A stretch of DNA of 64,000 nt, taken from the human T2T-CHM13v2.0 reference genome, Homo sapiens. The position numbers were made by a program, and so were the translations under genes. Positions 58,351 through 64,000 of the stretch are shown piece by piece. The notes under the pieces are model-generated. The model did not search any database. It was not told the origin of the DNA and was given only the letters and a program-made list of their open reading frames with translations. The stretch lies in the NCBI RefSeq assembly GCF_009914755.1, contig NC_060928.1, one strand, 5' to 3'. Position 1 is the stretch's first letter. Every line of letters begins with the position of its first letter.

Positions 58351-59132
58351 AATCTTAGGACTTTTATATTTGAATTTCTTATTAGACATCTTTGTAGAGA
58401 TGTAGAATAAAATGTTGACCCTATGGGTTCAGTTCTGATAAGAGATCTGGGCTGGTGAGGCATCTCAGCACAAAGGTTGGATTCCTTTGGTATCATGGCC
58501 TATAGTGCTCTAGGCATGCACTACACATCTTTCTGTCTCTTCAAGAGAAGAATAACATATGTCTGCTCCACTACCACACAACTTTACAATGCACTGTTTT
58601 ATTTTTTGATCTGAATCTGTATAAGTAATATTCTACTTGGAGTAACTCATCCTAGTATTTGCATTCTACATGTGCATTCACATTTACAGTAAACTGCAAT
58701 AAGAGTGATTTTTATCCTAAGCTCTGGATAGTTCATATATTGGCATAAATTACTAAGAGGTAGGCATCATGTACTTCTTGTTCAGATTGCAAACCCTCTG
58801 AAGTTTAAATCTTGTTCCTTAAAACGTAACCATCTGTGGGATAGCTCAATTAATAAGCACTGAGCAGAGCATACTTTTGATTCTGAAGTGATTTTTTTTA
58901 TTAAATAAGTCGATATAGTATTTTCTCAGTGATTACGCTTTTCTCCTTGCTTTTTTTTTTTAATGCTGAGTACAAATATCCTCCAACCCAATTTTAAAAA
59001 TAACTTATATGTAGTCTGGAACCAGTAGATTTCCCAAAGCATGAGCAAATTCTATTTTACTGGAGTCAATAATGTTTCAATCTCTCAAGTCCATGTGTGA
59101 GATATAGTGAATCATTGTCATATTATCATTAT

Positions 59133-59371
59133 ATCACTATGGCTCATCTCATAAGATCCCGCATCATCTGATGGCCCTATCATTACTGCTTATTTTGCAG
59201 AATAATATGTAAGTCTCTTCCTAAAATCCAGAAAACAAATGGATTGAAAATATTAAGTACATCATTATTATGTAAATATTTAATTTTTGAAATAAAAATA
59301 TGGAAGCTAGTAACAATTGTTCAGTTACTAGGGAAACACTAGTTAGATTTTTCTGTTTAAATATTCAAATT
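59133..59371 (+). repeat. Copy A of a diverged direct duplication (partner 60874-61165)
   Basis: Ungapped hand alignment of 59162-59205 to 60903-60946 gives 34/44 identity; 59133-59205 to 60874-60946 gives 50/73; a second block 59310-59371 resembles 61112-61165. Confidence 0.75.
59201..59208 (+). other. Candidate 8-nt microexon AATAATAT
   Basis: ctgat...actgcttattttgcag|AATAATAT|gtaagt; 43-nt AG-free zone; eight YCAY in 59112-59183. Confidence 0.4.
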
Positions 59372-59500
59372 GCTGGGTTTGGTAGCTCATGCCTGTAATC
59401 CTAGTGCTTTGGAAGGCCAAAACAGGAGGATCACTTGAGGCCACGAGTTTGAGACCAGCTTGGGCAAGAAGTAAGACCCCATCTCTACAAAAAAAATAAA
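59371..59500 (+). mobile_element. FLAM / Alu left monomer
   Basis: gctcatgcctgtaatcctagtgctttgg...gaccccatctctacaaaaaaaataaa. Confidence 0.9.
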
Positions 59501-59705
59501 GAGTTAAATAATTTCAACTTTTACTTATAAAAGTAATATAATATTAAAATGCGTATTCTTTCTATTAAATTATCTTTTTAATAACTTTTAATACTGCAAA
59601 CAAAATATTTGAAAAGTATTAGTGCAGCATTGGCCATTGTTCACAGTAGATCTGGAACACACAACTTCATTATACATGTTTTTGAGGTTTGATATAGTCT
59701 GTTTC

Positions 59706-60080
<375 letters not shown>

Positions 60081-60873
60081 TAGGACATAGAAAGTAACTC
60101 TTTTTCTATTGCAATTTCCCTGTCTTCATAAATTGGCCTTTCTGGGCAGTGGGCAAGAAGAACCCAACACTTATATGAGAATTCCCACCCTGATTCCTCT
60201 CTACCACAGACAGCTCCCCAGGTTACTCAATTATCATTACTGCCAGGTGACAACCTCCACTTACAAAGATGAGGACACTGACCATCCCGGGCACAAGATC
60301 AGTGAGTGGGGAAGCAGGGTCACATGGAGGTGGGAAGAGTGGATGGGCAGTCCTGGGCAGCTCTGAAGTGGGACAGTATGAAAGGAAGGCCCTGGGCTTT
60401 GTCCCTATGAGTACCTATTGTGTCACATAAACAATAGTGTGTTAATGGGGTGCTGAAAAAGTCTCCTGCTTAAGCAACTCAGTTTGTTTATGATTATGAA
60501 TGTCAGCAGAGGTCTATAAATGACAATGCAGTTTGTGTTTTGATGATTGTCTCTCTGATGGGGGTGTTGATAGCTTTTCTTAGTTCTTGTCTCAGCATTT
60601 ATTCTTGATTGGCATATGACAGTCATATTCTTGGGTTCTGTTGGTGTTTTTAAATCATGCACATGCTTGAATTTCTCTTACAGAGCGAGAATGACATTAT
60701 ATCTGCTGCTTGTTAAATAGATTCTCAGTTTATGCTGGCAAAGTGTCAGTGCTGTATGTCTCTATGTATGCAATTTTTCTTTTGTACAGTCATTTTTCTC
60801 TTAGCATTCTAAAGATTGATTGAACTCTTGTGTTATAGCAGTACTTAATGTGTCACTTACTGAACTTAAAATC

Positions 60874-61165
60874 ATCACTGTAACTCAATGCATAACGCTA
60901 TTCATCATCCATTGAACCTGTCACTCCTGCTGATTGTGCAGAATAAAAGCCTCTTCTCACCTTTTTTTTTATTATAACAGATATAGTTTGTGCATTTTTT
61001 CTTCATGTTTTAACTGATATTTTGTCATCAGTTCTCTGATGTTTATCAAGAGTTAACTTTTTTTCCAACCCAGATTAATACAGGTTAGAGAGTAGAGGAG
61101 TTTGTTAATACGTAACAACTACTAATCACTAAGGCTAGATTTATTACATATAAATATGTCAAATT
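60874..61165 (+). repeat. Copy B of a diverged direct duplication (partner 59133-59371)
   Basis: See copy A; offset is 1741 bp in the core block. Confidence 0.75.
60942..60947 (+). promoter_or_regulatory. AATAAA, candidate poly(A) signal coinciding with the start of a candidate exon
   Basis: AATAAA, CA at 60958, T9 at 60962-60970; TGTA upstream at 60753, 60765, 60783 and 60879. Confidence 0.3.
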
Positions 61166-61293
61166 AGATAAACGCTACTTAAAATTTTGGCTGTTGGAAA
61201 AATATTAACTTGTACCTTCAAATTTATTAGGGCTCAAGGCATATTAAACTTTATAGCAGACTTTGGATGTTTTATCTTTTAAGAAATATTTGA

Positions 61294-61592
<299 letters not shown>

Positions 61593-62959
61593 TTTGACTT
61601 AGTGAACAAATTTGCAGTAAAACAGAAAAAATAATATAGATTACACACCTTTATAAAATCTGTTGTATAATCATCTAGAGATGCAATTTGAATGCAGCAG
61701 TATAACGGAGAAGCATCAGATGAATTCTCAGAGTATATCAATCTTGCCTTTGTTCTAGATTAGAGCCTGGTTTTTAGCTAGAGGTGCTGTAGTAGGAAAA
61801 ACAGGTTTGTATTGATTCAGATTGTGTGTGCATTCATAGCAGATGTGGAATGACATATTTCTGCCAGATAATTATCACTTAGCAAAGGGTAAAACATTAG
61901 AACATCATGAAAGTTAAAGTTTTAACTTCACAGGAAAAAAAGGAGCTTTACTTTAAAGCATGATGAAAATTATAGAATTTATGCATAACTCAGTTATTTT
62001 GTTCTGAACTTTAAGAAGAAACTTTCAGAAGACATCCCTAAAAAAGCAAGTATAATGACCATAGTATGAAACTTAATTGTGATATAATAAAGCTTTTTGC
62101 TGTATCCAGACATGTTACACAAATATTCTTTATGAATTACATAAACAGAAAGGCAGGAGCTAGTACAAATAATGAAGAATATTTATTTAAAAAAAACAAA
62201 AAGCGGTTATTTTATGTAGAACAGGCTGCATACATTATTTATTACACCGTATTCAAAATATTGTACAACTCTGTTATGAGGAATTTTACTTGCACTTGGA
62301 GAATACAGGTAAATACATTAGAGGCTTATAGATCCTGAATGCAGCTGCAGATAGTGTCCCTTAAAAGAAGAAATGCAGCTGGTTTCCTATTTCCCACTCT
62401 TTTTTGTGCCAGACAAGGAAGTGACTTTCTTTAGAAAAGAGGATTATAATAGTCATATCCTTAAATGAGGAAACTAGAACCAGATTTCTTTTTAGAACTT
62501 GCAGTGGGGATTAGAAGAAATGTTGCAATAAACTTTAGGTTATTCTAATCTCAGTTTACTAAGTTTTTGGTAACACTGCTCATTTAACATTGGAAAGAGA
62601 TGGGATCTGCATAATAAAGTATACTTCCCATAACTTAAAAGTAATCATGTTCATTGCGTAGGATAAAATCATCCGTTATTCCAAAACCAGAGGAAACTGC
62701 AAAAAAAGAGTGCTGTGTTAGCAGTGACTTAAGTATCCTTTCACAGTTTGCTAAAAATTTTTAAGAAATTTTTGCAATTTCCCTCAAATTAACTACCAGG
62801 CAGGCATCAATTTGTCATTTTTGTATATTGCATTAAAGCATTTAATGCTAAATTAAGACGGAAAGGTAGGTTTTTTTTCTTTTTTTTTTTAACTTTTCCT
62901 TTCTGCAAAAAAAAATCAAACATTTATTAACTGCTCTCTATTGTTGTCTTTCTCTTTAG

Positions 62960-62962
62960 AAG
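62960..62962 (+). other. Candidate 3-nt microexon AAG / NAGNAG acceptor / recursive splice site
   Basis: ttaactgctctctattgttgtctttctctttag|AAG|gtaatt; no AG between 62870 and 62957. Confidence 0.35.
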
Positions 62963-63548
62963 GTAATTTGTGGTCAGTGGAGCCCAGCAGGGAAGCTCCT
63001 TCTCCTCCAGATGGCAGTGACATTTGAGAAAACCTTGGAGGATTAAAGACACTCTAGTGAGCACTCACTGCAAAGTCCTGACACAATTTGACAGTCCTAA
63101 TCTGGGTCCTCAACTGATTGGATGACCAAGGGCACAAAATTCTCATCCAACTGTGCAATCACCAGGCACATTGTTAAGGGCACTAAAAATGTTCCAAAGT
63201 TTTGGTGACTGTTTTAAACAAAAATATATAAACCTTTTCTTCATGGCATGTTTTTGGAAAAGGTCTTGGAGGTACCTTGCATGGCTTTTAAAAACTGACT
63301 ATATTTTTGCATGAATGAGCACAGCATGCTATAAATGTCTTTACTCTTTATTAAGTAGGGTTTGCAAACAATCTAAATGGTTAAATGGTAGAGGAAACTA
63401 TAGAAATTGATCTCAGTGAGCAAAGCCTACCAAATCTAATTATATATTGTCACCATCTGCTGCAATATGATAACAGAATTAATACAATTACTTTGAGAAT
63501 TTTGAAGAAAAAACTTTTGAAAAAAATGGACACGTGTGGCAAGTCTGC

Positions 63549-63549
<1 letters not shown>

Positions 63550-63602
<53 letters not shown>
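63550..63602. repeat. Compound (GT)n(GA)n microsatellite
   Basis: About 8 GT units then about 19 GA units. Confidence 0.95.
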
Positions 63603-63604
<2 letters not shown>

Positions 63605-64000
63605 CAAGGGCAAGAAAAAAATGCCATCTTAGCTGTTCTTTCTTTTTCTGTTTCTTTTTTACCTTTCCTCATTTTTAAGTTATTGCTTAAAATGATTTGA
63701 AATATGTTTTCCTAATTTTCGTGTTGATTAAAGTTATCAAGTTTTGGTAAGGTGATTTTATGGGTTTGGAATTTTAATTATATCCACTGCAGCTTCTAAA
63801 ATCACCATGGCAACAGGTGTGTAATTATCAACATTGCACATAGCTTCAATGTGTAATGCATTTCTTCTGGCTGAATGAATATTAAATCATACTGCTTAAC
63901 ACCTCCTCTACTAGTAAACAGATAAGGCTTTGGCCATGGCTTGCAAATTGATCTTGCTTCTGTAGATTTCTATTACTGCAGAGCCATTGAATGGGGTAAT

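Overview
AT-rich primate (human-like) genomic DNA that reads as the interior of one very long intron or an intergenic stretch. I find no CpG island, no credible protein-coding ORF, no RNA gene and no CRISPR-like array, and I cannot name the host gene. About 20 Alu copies (FLAM/FRAM, J, S, Y) are scattered among older L1, L2, MIR, MaLR/ERVL/ERV1 solo LTRs and hAT/mariner DNA-transposon relics, many with readable target-site duplications. Family assignments are from remembered consensus sequences, not from RepeatMasker. The most unusual region is 59.1-63.3 kb on the + strand. There, a diverged direct duplication (offset 1741 bp) copies a YCAY-rich (NOVA-type) splice-acceptor module. In copy A the acceptor is followed by an 8-nt exon and a canonical GTAAGT donor. 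In copy B a 5-nt gap removes that donor and creates AATAAA. Nearby are another acceptor (60683), a TAG|AAG|GTAATT site with an 88-nt AG-free zone, an RBFOX-type GCATG cluster and flanking inverted Alus. Together these suggest a regulated microexon / alternative-last-exon switch, but this is inference and needs RNA-seq and conservation data.
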